From the NCBI GenBank assembly GCA_035084275.1, contig CM068747.1:24304001-24368000 (forward strand): a stretch of 64,000 bases of DNA. Reading direction: 5' to 3'. The notes beneath the pieces are model-generated. The model did not search any database and was not told the DNA's origin. It saw only the letters and a list, made by a program, of their open reading frames with translations. The first letter of the stretch is position 1. Each line of letters starts with the position of its first letter. The stretch comes from Hydrolagus colliei. Lineage: Eukaryota. Below are positions 1-13,074 of this stretch, piece by piece. The translations under genes were made by a program, and so were the position numbers.

Positions 1-3000
1 AAGTTTTAAAATAAAATTACAACAAAAGTTACTGTATGATAACATAAGAGCAGCATTCAAATAAGTTTTCTTTAGCAGCAACAATACAAAACTGTTATTA
101 CACTCCGTTTGGTCTAAACTGAATAATTACTTAATTGTAGAAGTTTGGTACATTAGAGTTCACTAACACTGGTATACAAAAACAGTCAAATATTTGCATG
201 CTTCCCTGATTTTTTTTGAACTGTCAATGTGGAGGAATAGAAACTTAGCAATGGCACTAGCCTGTATTTTCCATTCAAAAATGTGGACACTTCATGGAGA
301 CAGTAAAACAGAACTGACTAGATGGCTTAGAATGCCAACATGTAGACTGATTGTAAATAGGCAATTCAATTTGCACATAAATTTGACAATATTGTATAAC
401 CCTGTGCACCTCTGAAAGAAGATTTAAACAAAAAAATCTCTGCATCAACATTCTTAAACCATTCCTGCAAAATGTTCATTGGAGAGATCCACAGCAAATA
501 AAAAATTCATTTAACTTGTACAGAAACATTTTGATACAAGGAACATAATCTTTAACAAAAAAAGTACAGTGTAAAAAATACAGAGCTTATGTTTGACAAT
601 CTACATAGGCAAGTTTCTGCCAAACTTCATCAATCGATTTCAGTGCAGTTAATATTCTGGAAATACGTTTGTCTTTAAGCAATGTATTGACAGTTTATGC
701 AATACTGGTAGTTAATTTTAGAGCAGGAAGTTACACAAACGTTAATAAGCTGATAAGCAAGTAGCCTAAAATCTCAGCATACAGAACTGCTAAATGATTC
801 ACATAGCAAATGAGAACAATATTGAAGTCAGTTTGAATAAACTAGTCAAATGGAAAGAAGCACCAAGGAATTTTCACTCATGATTTGAAATGCACTTATG
901 TTAGTAAATCTAATACTATTTTTGTACAATATGAGGTACACAAGTGTTTTTAGACAGAAATCCATCATGATTTGGATAAACTATCCATTAGCATTTGTGT
1001 AAGACTATTATAACATAAAAGAAACTTTGTTGCTTTAATATTTAGTCATCCAGTCTCCTATCAAAACAATATAATATGGAGAAACACGCCTTGATGTTTC
1101 TCTATAAATGCACATTTATTTTTTCTCACTCATATATACAAGCATTTAAATACCGTCTTAACACAACAATGCTTTGTACGGCTTTGAAACAGCATAGGTA
1201 ATGAACAATCACAATATTTTATGTTATCAATACCTTTTATAAGCTTTCAAAAAAAGGATAATTTTATCTGTTGGCAAACCAGACTTAAAAATAGTAAGTG
1301 TACATTTCTTCATGCAAAAAACTGACTATCGAGCACTGGCTATACTAAAGACAAACTGATCATTCTGAACATTATTGTATACATTACAGTTCCAACTGGT
1401 TAAGTGAATTTTCAAGTAATTTTCTCAGGTTCCTTTCCGACCCCGTTCCTCTCCCTGTACAACACAATCCCTCAAACAAGAGCACAAGTTCTCTATTTTC
1501 TTTTAAAAAAAACGCTCCACATCCAATTCACATTTGCCTTGACATTCCGGAACCTCAACATGCGGAAAAGTGAAAGAGAAAACCGAAATCAATAAATACA
1601 ATTGACCTGAACAGCAAGTTGCCCTCTTTAATGAGGGCCCACAAAGTGTGCTGTGCACGAAATGAGTTAAATCACTAAGTTACTTCTGCCAGTTGAAATT
1701 TAAAATTCAAATACCATTAAAAAAAATCTAAAATACAACTCCTTAGATAAGGTACATTTTAAAGCAGAAATACAGCAACTGGAAGGAAAAGCAATTCTGT
1801 AATGAATGAGCCTATTTTTAAAACAAATTCCAGAAGGTGAGGTGTAGACAAGGTTGTTGCTGAACTAAATAATCTTTGCAGCTCATATTGGACTGGTATA
1901 TTTATTTACTGGTTGGCACCATTCCCTGCATTTGGTAATTCTAAAAAAATACTTTGAATACCAATGTTTGTGAGAAAAATCACATCAATCTCTGAACCAA
2001 ACAGAACTGATCTTCATCTTAATGCAACATTATATTGCAGAAAAATAGCACTAACAAAACAATTCCCCACCACCACCCCCACCCAACTCCCATAAAGCTT
2101 GATTAGCATTTTCTTTTCTCCTGCAGCAATGTAGAAATGCCCATTTAACCGTCATGTCAGAAGTTCTGTAAAATCAGATGTACAAGTTCATGATCTTTAA
2201 ATCTGGGGGCAATTTTACATAGCGGTGCAAGTATTCAAACTAAGTTGTCGTAAATTGAGTTCTTAGATTAAGCATACATTTTGTATTATTTAACAGATTG
2301 CTTGCCTTCAGCATTTAGCGAAAGTAAATTTGAAATGCGGCTTGAAGGGCTACCCTTCTGAATTCTGTGCTACATACTGAACATAAATAATCTAGTTCTC
2401 GTCACTGCAGCAGTCATCACAGAGGATACCTGCTCAGGTACATGGCTCCTGACTGTCTGATTGAATAAAATCTGTCATATATGTCAGCAAATCTGGCATT
2501 GACAAGATTTACAACTATAGCTGCAAGTATATTCATACTGTAGTACTTAAGTTAAAATTACACAGAACAAGGCCTTGTATATAAAAAGGCATGTCTACAT
2601 TAAGTAGCTTCTCAATTCCCAAGCAAGTGGATGATCCCACTTAACAGTAGCTCACTTCCAGGCTTCAGCTGTGTCCTGATTTATGAGTTACCCTAAAATT
2701 AATTCATGCATATTAGCCAAATAAATATGTAGCCCAAATTTCAGATTATAATACACAAGTTTTGGTTGCAGAAAATAGTCATTTGAGGGAGGTGAGCAAT
2801 TATTTGAACGTCTAAAATAAAATTAACAACATTGAGCGCACTTCTGCATTTAAAAAAAATGTTTGTTTAATCAGTGAGTGCAAACAACATAGGGAGAACA
2901 GTTTTGAAAGAGCTTCAGACAACAAGCATGACAGGATCCAGAGTTTACCCATATTATTGAACTTGAAGCACTACAAGATTAAGGATTTCCTTCACTCTTT

Positions 3001-3193
3001 TTAATTCAGCTTTTTCACACCGATGGTCTTAAAAACTACAAGGCAAGTAATACTGGTATGATTCATCAGCACTGATCGCTTAAAAATACATTTAAAGAAT
3101 TCAGGCATAAAAGGAAATGTTTTACAGCAGGTTTCTAACAAGGGTATAGAATTGTATGGTCCCTTTAAGGTACAAAAGTACCATGAATGTCAA

Positions 3194-3560
3194 CCTGGCT
3201 CAGTTCGTAGCATTTTCACCCTTGAGTTAGAAGATTTTGGGTTCAAACCCAATCAAAAAACTTGAACCTCATAGTCTTTTATGACAATGCAGTGTTGTAA
3301 TGTTGGAAGTGCCATGCTTCAATTAAAATGTTGAACCAAGATCCCTTCTGCCCATTTAGGTGGATATTAAAGATCCTATCACATTATTCAAAAAGAGAAG
3401 CGAGTTTCTCCTGGAGTCCTGCCCAAGAATCCCCCAATTAAAATTGGTGATTCACTTCATGGATGTTGTGGGATATTGCTGTAGGTAAATAGTCATTTTC
3501 TGCATATCCTGCGAAGTGCTTTGTGACATCCTCCTGACGTGAAAGGTGTTATACCAATTA
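3194..3560 (+). mobile_element. DeuSINE/SacSINE-type tRNA-derived SINE (degraded)
   Basis: tRNA-like head (cctggctcagtt...gggttcaaaccc), Deu-domain-like core (ggtggatattaaagatcc...ctcctggagtcctgcccaa), L2-like tail (gtgctttgtgacatc...tgaaaggtgttata). Confidence 0.7.
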
Positions 3561-5046
3561 TAAGCATTAAAATTATTAGTACCGCTACATAAAGGAGACT
3601 TAAAATAAGATCCATAGAATGACAGTATTGAATGGTAGCCTTACCACATATCTCAGTTACACATATATAGAGTTGGTGCCAGAGGGGAGAAGTACTTGGG
3701 CATTTCATGTCCTCCCGACGTGTAATTTTGTTGTTGTTGTAGAAATCCTCATAGTTATAATATTACAACGTATGAGGGAGACGTATAAGAAAGGTAAGAA
3801 TATAACTTAAAAATTGAGTTATAAAAGAAAAATCTAACAGGCATAAAATGATGTAGTCAAATTGAATTCATAAGCAATCTTAATTGCTTATCAAAAATTT
3901 AAACCACTTATATTCTTTGGAATGGGAAGCTACCAGTTTTTAAATGAATTCAGTTAACTTGATTCAAAAAAGATATCACATTCTTATAAAACTGGAATAG
4001 TAAAGTAGCATTTTTTTTCATACATTGTGAGATTTTTCTTGTATTCCACCCTTTGGAACAACTATCAACTATTGAGCATTTCCAAATTATATCCTAGGTC
4101 AAGTTTAGAAAGCAGTTATCTCTCCTCTTTTTTGATGTAGTTAATCTCAGTTGTAGTGGAACACACCATTCCGCACTACTTAACTCTACTTCTCATTCCA
4201 AAGAATGGTTTTCCCTCACAGTGAAATTCTTCAAAATTTGGCACAAATTTACATTAACCTAGCAGTTCTATACCATGGACCCATATCAGCTAGGAAATTT
4301 CAGATTGATTTGAATTCCATTGTTAGGGCCTTTGTAACTAATTTGCAGCAGTTTCATCAAAACTGTCTGGTTTCCAACTCAGATTTCAGGTGAAAGGATA
4401 GCCTGCTAACCTGGTGTACCATCCAGTTCCTCCAGACAATTGACATTAAAAGTAATTTCCATCCAATTATTGCTGATAGAGAAGAATGTGGACTCAATCA
4501 GTACAGAGTAAAATAACTAAAAATTAGCTGATTTTATAGATATTAATGATTTTAAAATGCCCTTTTTTAAAAAATGCTCATCATTGTTGCATTTGCAATA
4601 CAATATTGAATTTTTTTTTTTAATTGATATTTAACACAAATTGAATGTTCTTTCTAAATAAATTTTCCAAATAACCTCAGTCCCTTACAAGTTAGTGCTA
4701 CCCTCAATAAGCCAAATTTAAGGTCACAATTACATTTTTCTGGCCAAATAAATGGCCATACAATGGTTTCATATATCAAAGGAAATTAAGGGTCAAGGTG
4801 AAAAGATAAATTTCACTAGTTTCTTTATAAATTAAGAAAATCTCTTAAAGGGGATTATAATTACCAAAACTAATTTCTACTGGGATACAGAGACATTAAG
4901 TCCATTAGGAAATCATTAATAGTTCTTGTAAAACATAGAAAATGAGTTAACAGATAAACATGATTAAACTAACAAATTTTTAAGATTGCAGGTCTTCGAT
5001 ATGCAAGGTTGATATTTTCTCAAATATGATTGTTGCAATATGCATA

Positions 5047-5675
5047 CCGTATATCTCCGCATATAAGGCGCACCCGCGTATAAGGCGCACCCCCCATTTT
5101 TGACCTTTTCTTGGTGAAGAAAAACGGAAGCATTTTCAATGATATTGCCAGCAGAAGGGAGGAGAGACAGGAGAGACAGGTAGGTAGGGAGAGAGAGAGG
5201 CAGGCAGCCAGGGAGAGAGAGAGGGAGGCAGGGAGAGAGAGAGGGAGAGAGGCAGGCCGGCAGCCCGGGAGAGAGAGAGGGAGAGAGGCAGGCCGGCAGC
5301 CAGGGAGAGAGAGGGAGAGAGGCAGGCCGGCAGCCCGGGAGAGAGAGAGGGAGAGAGGCAGGCCGGCACGCAGGCAGGCAGGGAGGGAGAGAGAGCGGCA
5401 GGGAGTGAGGGAGGCAGACTGGGTTCGGCAGAAGGTAAGCACAGCACTGAAGTCCGCTGCTGCTGCCGCTGCCCGGGCGGCCGAGGCCGAAGCCCCGTCA
5501 CCCGCTCCTCCCAACCCCCGCTGACCAAACCCCGGCTGACAGCGCGCCGGCCGCCCCTCCTGTTTACTGTATTTCCGAGGCTCAAAATTGCTTGTACCTG
5601 CGTATAGGGCGCACTCCCAACTTTCGAGATCTTCCGACCCGAAAAAAAGTGCGCCTTATACGCGGAGATATACGG
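5047..5675. mobile_element. Non-autonomous Tc1/mariner-superfamily (Tc2/pogo-like) MITE
   Basis: TIRs CCGTATATCTCCGC.TATAAGGCGCAC at both ends, TA on both flanks. The interior holds GA-rich degenerate tandem repeats. Confidence 0.88.
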
Positions 5676-7039
5676 TATTTATATTACAGTTTGCACATTT
5701 ACAAACATTGCAAATAAATATTCTATGGTTTTGTACAATTTATCCAATTCTAATGGAAACAAAATAGGGTATGAATCTAAATCTAAACCTTAGAGAATCT
5801 GTGCAGAGAACATACATGAAAAGTGCCCATTTAGGAAATGCTGCAACCTACCAATATAGGTTTTAATCTGACAGCTAATGATTTCGTATTAAAAAATATG
5901 ATTTTAAATCCTGAATCATTAATTATCTTCCCCAAATGTTTCCTCTACTTAATCGTGTCAGTAAAGCAACTGATTGATTGGGATTTAAATTCAATGATTC
6001 TTCCTTTTGGGGCAGGAAAACACACATTTGGAAAATTTAAATAACATTTTAAGAGTATGAATGTAGATCCATGATATCAATATCTTTGCGAATTTGTGAC
6101 TTGGGAATTCATTTATTTGTGGATTTCAATTAACAATAATGATCTTATCAATAGAAACCAAGGGAGTCCTGCAGCTTTGAATTACACTAGCTTTGTTCAC
6201 TATACAAAATGCATTCATAATTCAATTGAACTGGACCACATGCACGTTAAATGTGTAAACTTCAGTAGCATTCCTGCATTAAGAATAAAATTCAAAGACT
6301 GAATTTTTAAAATGTTAAAGAGTATATGTATAAAATGCTAAATAGGGATTTGTACATTTTGAAAGCAAAACAACGTTGTACTAAAAAGTTTGACATTTTT
6401 GTTCAATTGTTGTGCTACATTTGCCCACACTTTCTTCCCAATTTCAATCTTGCATATTTAGATTATTAAAAACTGCGGTTTACCAAACTGGAAAATAGAT
6501 TATTTTACGAAAGCCTCGAATAAGGCTTATTAAGTGGTCTCATTGTAATGCAATCTTCCCAATCCAGTGATTCACTGAAAATTACTATTTGCTATTATAT
6601 CAGAAATAAAGCATTGTCTAGAATTAAAGGTAGAAGGAGTCAATTCCCATAACATGCATCATCATTCACAGTTTAACTGAAAAGAAAAACTGTTTTCAAG
6701 TTTATGACCAGGCAAGAACAGATTGCACTGAATGTAGAGCACAAGATACTGGTTATGATCACATCTTAGCCAGTATCTTAACAGATGCAAACTTATTAAA
6801 GTTTAATTTTCTAGCTAGATATCTCTAGTGGTGGAATACCAAACTAACACTGAGAAGACATTTGAAATCTTAGTATATGACCTCTGCTACCCTCTATGGA
6901 CGAGTTTTGCTAAATGTCAGTAAGGCAGTTTCACAGAGTACTTTGTGATGGTGGAGCATTCCATTCTAAAAATTGAATGATTTTTTCCCTCTCATCTCCT
7001 CAAGGCACAGACTCTTACATATGGTCCCAGAGATATTGG

Positions 7040-7355
7040 CAACCTTCAGTACCATTTCTGCACATATGAGGCTAGATGTCATTGTGCAATACTAGAGGCA
7101 ATACAATTAAATCCTGTCCACTTCACATCCTATGCCCAAGATGCATGGCACATTCTAGACAAATCGGGAGAAGGAATCCAATATGAAGTTTCCTCTCTTA
7201 GTGCAGTTGGCATTGCAGTAGCATTAATGCCAACTGCTGAAATCTATCTGTTGCACTGACTGAGATCAGCTAACTCAGCACAAATTGGAAATCAAACCTA
7301 CAACCTTCTGGCTTACACTGTACAACTTGTGCCTTTTCCCACAAAGCCATTAGGA
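7040..7355 (-). mobile_element. Old tRNA-derived SINE-like fragment
   Basis: Minus strand reads ...tggctttgtggg...aggttgtaggtttgatttcc...tgctgagttagctgatctcagtcag, a tRNA-like head plus body. Degraded; boundaries approximate. Confidence 0.45.
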
Positions 7356-7836
7356 GATCTCAAAAGAAAAATACATTATGTCTCATGTTACCCAACGCAC
7401 AATGACACAAAACACAAAATATTGCAGATGCTGGAATTCTGAAGCAAACTAGAAATAAGGATCGGGGGCAGTGAAGACATTGACACAACTAATGTCACAT
7501 TGACCATCTACAACAAGTCTCCCAGACAATGCCCAACTAAAAAATAAGGATCGGAGGCAGTGATGACATCGAAAACTGTCAGATACTCCAGGACAGTTTT
7601 CTTATTTGACTATTAGTAAACCTATAGTGGCAGCATAAGGCATTATGGACATTAAAGGGAACCTTTGGATTCTTCCAATAGATATGTCCAACAAAATTGT
7701 AGATGCACAAAATATTACATTTTTTAAAATCTATCATTTTTGCTGTTAATGTTTCCACAAACTTCAACTCTAAAAGGCTGTAGAAACATGAAATACGTTT
7801 TGGTCAGGGTATACGTGTTTGGGAGTGGGTATGTAC

Positions 7837-8570
7837 TAGGGTCCGGCGATATATCGATATATCGCTAAAACCCGATATAATTTTCATATCGATACGCCGA
7901 TATAGGCATTTCAAAAATATCGATATACCGAAAAATCGATATATCGAGGTAAAAAATTGGAACGCGCGCACACTGAACTACAAGACCCAGAATGCTCATC
8001 TCTATACACAATGCACAGACTGAGGTGCAAAGCCGCCATATTGTATTCATAGTACTCGAATACAATATACAGGTATGCAAGGGGTGAGGGGAGAGAGACG
8101 GATGGGGGAGGGTGGTGGGGGAGAGAGGCGGCTGGGGGGGGTGGCGGGGGAGAGAGACGGCTGGGGGGCTGGGGAGGGAGAGAGACGGCTGGGGGGGTGG
8201 GGAGGGAGAGAGACGGCTGGGGGGGTGGGGTGGGGGAGAGAGACGGCTGGGGGGGGGGAGAGACGGGGTGGATGTGATAATATACAGATAGATAGAGATG
8301 GGGGGGATGTGAGAGAGACACAGACGGAAAAACACAGAGATGGAGAGAGTGAGAGACACAGAGAAAGATATTTATCTCCTGAGGAGATAGGCCCCGAATG
8401 CGCGCGCACCCGGAACGCGCGCGCACCCAGAACGCGTGCGCACTCCGAATGCGCGCATTGCGCGCGCATCGCGCAGTATGAAAAACCCGAAAATATAGAT
8501 ATTTCGGTATATCTCGATATGAGCCCATCGATATATCTAAATCGGAAAATTTCCATTTTGACGGACCCTA
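7837..8570 (+). mobile_element. hAT-type MITE, copy 1
   Basis: TIRs TAGGGTCCG / CGGACCCTA, subterminal (ATC)GATAT arrays, TSD GTATGTAC (one extra C on the right). The interior has G-rich GAGAGACGGCTGGGG repeats. Confidence 0.88.
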
Positions 8571-9650
8571 CGTATGTACCTTTGTCTGCTGTCTTGAAAT
8601 TCAAGCAAGAAAACAAGCAAAGCACACCTCCATTTTGTGAATCATGGACTATAAAATGTTTAACCTGGGTAGCTGATTTACAAATAAAGTCCAACTCATA
8701 GTATGCTGTACTGTCAGCATTGTAACAACAAAATTAGGGCAGTATCATAACTTAGGAAGACATCCAAGAAACTAATCAAATTTCCATGGCGTTAACTTGT
8801 TGACCATAGACTTTATGTAGATGTAGAAACAACTATAGTTTTACACAGAAGCATATGATGTAAATGCTTCTTTAATTAAATACATCTAATGAATTAACAG
8901 ACTAAGAATTACATGCGTCTGAAATAATGATATACCTCTGCACAATTTTCCACTTTCAATTACCAATAACAGCTATAAAGTCAGAATTGCATTAAAATAA
9001 CCTAATATTTGCATTCTGAGACACAGAAATATTACTGCATCCCACATAACCATGCTTCAAATTCTGAAATATTAATTTAAAGATTTTAGACATTAAGGTT
9101 TCAAAAATATGGGAAGAGTTCAATATAAAAGTAATTTTGGATCAGAAACATCGTCATGGTAACCTTCTGTGCACAGTGAATTGGTTTGGAAGAGTTTCTA
9201 GCTACAAAGATTCCCGCTTCATCTCACTACCCTGTACTTAACCTTTAACCATTCCATCATAGTACTGAACTCCATCTAGTGGTCTAATCAAGAAATTGTC
9301 CTGGAGTATTTATCGTTCAACTTGGTAATCAACAGTGCTAATCACTAAATTCCAGTGGCAAATGCAGTTTGCTCTCATTCAGAATACTTTTGAAATTGCA
9401 ATGTCAAAACATCTAAAGCGTACCAATACTCAAATTTAATGCAATGCATTGATGTAAAATACAACTTAAGTTTTTTCCTCTCTAACAATTCTTTGATACA
9501 ATAAAAAATAACTTGTACAGTCAATTTTTAAGTATTGACATAAAATTGCATGATATAAAGCAATGATGAAAAAGTGCTTTGCAGAAGCACTGAAATCATT
9601 TAAAGTTCTTTCCCTAGAATTCAAAAGTGATCAATATTTAAAATATCTGA

Positions 9651-9656
9651 TTTATT
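9651..9656 (-). terminator. Candidate proximal polyadenylation signal (AATAAA) for the JAZF-like gene
   Basis: tttatt on the plus strand about 207 nt after the stop codon. The real 3' end may be more distal. Confidence 0.35.
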
Positions 9657-9862
9657 AGCAGCGTTTGATTGCCATCATGGGAAACACAATTTTCGAAATA
9701 ACACAAGATTTCACAGAAAACAATCATTTTTAAAAAAAAGGCAATACGGAAAAAAAATCCCAGTATCAAGACCTGTAACAGTAAATCTTGAGAAAAAAAT
9801 ATTTTCATTGACGAACACTCGAGTCTATAATTACCAGTTCAGTTATGTGCAGGAGATACCCC

Positions 9863-10039
9863 TCACAACTGCATCTTCCTTAGCATGTCCACTGACACCG
9901 GTGGGTGGAAGTTGATGGTATGATGACGAAGTCCATGGGCAGTTTTGTAGCTTTTTCCACAGCGGCACTTGAAAGGCTTTCGAACACGGGTTTGAGTGCG
10001 ATGGCCATTCTTGGCGTGGTACTTGATGCCGTTCACATT
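9863..10039 (-). CDS. JAZF1: JAZF1-like, coding exon 5 (end of finger 2, finger 3, stop)
   Basis: ttcctattag acceptor. Encodes NVNGIKYHAKNGHRTQTRVRKPFKCRCGKSYKTAHGLRHHTINFHPPVSVDMLRKMQL*. TGA at 9865-9863. Spliced CDS is 732 nt = 243 aa. Confidence 0.96.
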   Translation of the reverse strand, partial: NVNGIKYHAKNGHRTQTRVRKPFKCRCGKSYKTAHGLRHHTINFHPPVSVDMLRKMQL

Positions 10040-12904
10040 CTAATAGGAATAGAGAATGTTTAGAATTACCTCAGTGAAAGATCTCAAGTTATACGTCTCT
10101 AAAACTGAGATTTTTTTCCAAATTGTATTGTGTAACCTTTCCGGGAGAAAAACAGCAATTAAGCGCTTGAACTTAGATACTGCTGTCGCATTAAAATGGA
10201 AGGTTATTACAATGCCATTAAGGAGCTGAAATTTTTGTACTACCTTGCTTTTCACTGGAGATAAAATGGGGTTGAATGATGTGGCTATTGTAATTTAGAA
10301 CTTGGCATTTCAAACATCTGCTCATTTTACATTTTAGAAAGATAGGCAAAGAGTGTGTATAGAGTCCAGAGACTTCTATTAATTACAAGTTTACAACAAA
10401 AGGTATTTACGATTCTAGGACTATAAAGCTCTTCTATCATATCTACTTAATCAAAGTACAAACACTGATTAAGTAGAGGCGACCAGTACTGTGAATTTAC
10501 TCAAGTATGCTTTAAAATAACCAAGTAGACTGAAAAAGAATTTAGTTGATCTAAGATAGAAACCTATTTTGATGGTGTCTGAAAGTTAATGTCAGTGTAT
10601 ACCTAAACCATTAAGGTTTAAAAATTCACAAGTGTAACATTTTCCCTTCTCATTTCAAAAGGCATATTAATTTTTGAGACCTTACATCATCTTTCATCAC
10701 TCAACACACATTGAAGCAATATTCACCTTGTTACATAATTTGTTAGAATCTAAACCATTAGTATGAATCTGCATTACTGCCTTAAAAGGTACTTTAACAG
10801 TAATTTTCAGACTTCATAACTAGATACACGATTGCATCTACTGCATTTATTTACATGGTTAAATAATTTTCTGCATCACTTTTCCCAGGTATATTTTGCA
10901 TTGAACATATTTAATGAGCAGTAACCCTGTCAACTCTACAACACAGGGTTCCAATAGATTTAACTGCAATGGTGGGTGGGCTAAGCTTCACCCTGTAACT
11001 GTCATTAAATACTTGGAATTCAAGCACCCCTTAACAGTTATACTGGCAAGGAACCAGACAAGATCACGTTTCTCTGCTGTCCAATGAGGTGTTCCAATTA
11101 ACAAATTGAAGAAAAATTGAAGCGGTTCTGATTTCCTTACTCCCGTACAAAACGATACATTTAGAAATGAAAAGCAATAAAGTTTAGTTTGAAAAAAGAA
11201 CAAAATATCAATCAAGAATACCAATGAGTAAGATGTCCAAGTAAGAATGCTGAATTCAAATCACTGGATAAAATACAAAATTGTGGCATGGCAACATAGA
11301 TTTTTTTCCATTAACTCGCTTAGATTAAGTTAATTGTTCAATTACACTACATTCAGTTGGTCGTATGAAGTGGGAACAATCCAATAAAACCTATTTGAAG
11401 CTTCCGATGCCCACAAGGTTTAAAATCACTTTTAGGTTTTAAACAAAAACCACAGTGTTCATTTGTGTTGTAACTAGTTATAGACACTATGCTCAAGTTC
11501 ACATTCAGAATGGGTGAACCAGCATTTCTTAGACTGCATCATGCAAGAGATGTCCAGATTCCCATGCAACATCAAAGTACAAAGTGTATCATTATTTCAA
11601 ATACCACAATATTGTTTTTATATATTTTTGACAAATTTTATAAGTTCATAAAGGTTATAAAATCTATAAAATTTGTACACAAAATATAGTACAAATACAG
11701 TTCAAAATATTCATCGACAGAGCATGCATTAACATGAGCATTAAACCTTTTTTACAGTACCAAATATGTTCAAACCATTGGTTACATAACAAAATTCAGA
11801 CAAATACCAAGAAAAAGGGGATATGAAACTATTACAATTTAGAAACAGCTGTCACCACTTAAAAGTTGAATAGCCAGTGGCTGTTAAGCAGAGGATGGCG
11901 TAGGGGGAGGAAAGTAGACAGAATAACTGTAAAACTTCGATCCAAGCACTAGGTAATTAAAATGGAAAATATATCTTGCTTAGTTTCAGTGCTGCATGTC
12001 GTTTTGTTTAAATGTTTATACTGATATGGTGTCGAAACACAGAGGTAATCTTTGCTTATGTAAAATATTAATTCAGCATTCAATCAAGATGAATTGGAAT
12101 TAAAATTTTGAGAAATCAGCATTCAAAATAGTTAACCGTTTCCTACACGGTTAGACATCAAATAGATTTTCGAGTCTGCCAGTATTGACTCTAACTCAGT
12201 CAAAACTTGCCAGATTCCTAATGCAGAAAATCTGCTAAGTTAGTTAAATGTGAATCCATACAACCATTTCCTTCTCAGTCACATAATAGCAGCTCATCAA
12301 AAGAGTGCAGGTTTGCCTTGCATTATCCCCTACAGAGGCTCTGGTCTATGCTTCCATCTATACCATTACCCTTTATTTGTTGTTCCCTCCATTCTACCAG
12401 GCATTCCAAAGACTATTAATCTGCCGAGTCTGCCTGCTCTTTCAATAATGATGTTTGAGCAATTCAGCTGGACGGCTCTTGTGCTTCAGACATGAAGCCA
12501 GAAAGATTCCAGAACAACATAGAATAGCTTTGTTATACTGGTAATTAAGACAGGACTGACATTCAAACAAGACCAGGACAGGATGTGGCAAATTACTGTA
12601 TTCTTTGTGTGAAAAGCTGCTCCCACTACGGTTTGTCTGGCCTCCGGGGAACTCATCATCTTCACTAACAGTCAGAATGGGATTTTGTACCCTCTATTCC
12701 CTCAACAAACTTCATCTAATAAACATTTCTGATTCCTGGCAATACTTGGGCGAGAACTTGCTAATTTGTAAAGTTGTGAAAAATGAAACCTCTGAGCTCA
12801 ATTTCTATTGTGGGGCTCTGCAAATAGAAATATATCACCTTTTGTTTAAATGCATTTTTATTGACATTTCCAAGGATAGCTTGTTCGCTGGACGCAACAC
12901 ATAC

Positions 12905-13074
12905 CTTGTACCTCTTTTTACAGCCAGGTACAGGGCAAGCAAATGGCTTCTCATCATCCCCGTTCAAGCACATTGAGCTTAGAATAGTCTCAGAGCTGAT
13001 AGCACTTTCTGTTGTCCATGATTCGTCACTGTCGGAATCCTCACATTCAATTTCTTCTTCATCTAATTCGCTGC
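12905..13074 (-). CDS. JAZF1: JAZF1-like, coding exon 4 (acidic region plus start of zinc finger 2)
   Basis: tttccag acceptor. Encodes SELDEEEIECEDSDSDESWTTESAISSETILSSMCLNGDDEKPFACPVPGCKKRYK. gtatgt donor. 170 nt. Confidence 0.96.

Noticed and set aside
3194-3260. tRNA gene-like A/B boxes (also at ~41230-41291 and ~57205)
   Set aside because: These are SINE heads followed by Deu-like cores, not full cloverleaves.
5020-5585. Three overlapping 137-164 aa ORFs
   Set aside because: Low-complexity GA repeats inside a MITE.
7865-8701. Four overlapping ~160-215 aa ORFs
   Set aside because: They arise from GC-rich repeats within the hAT MITE and show no transposase motifs.
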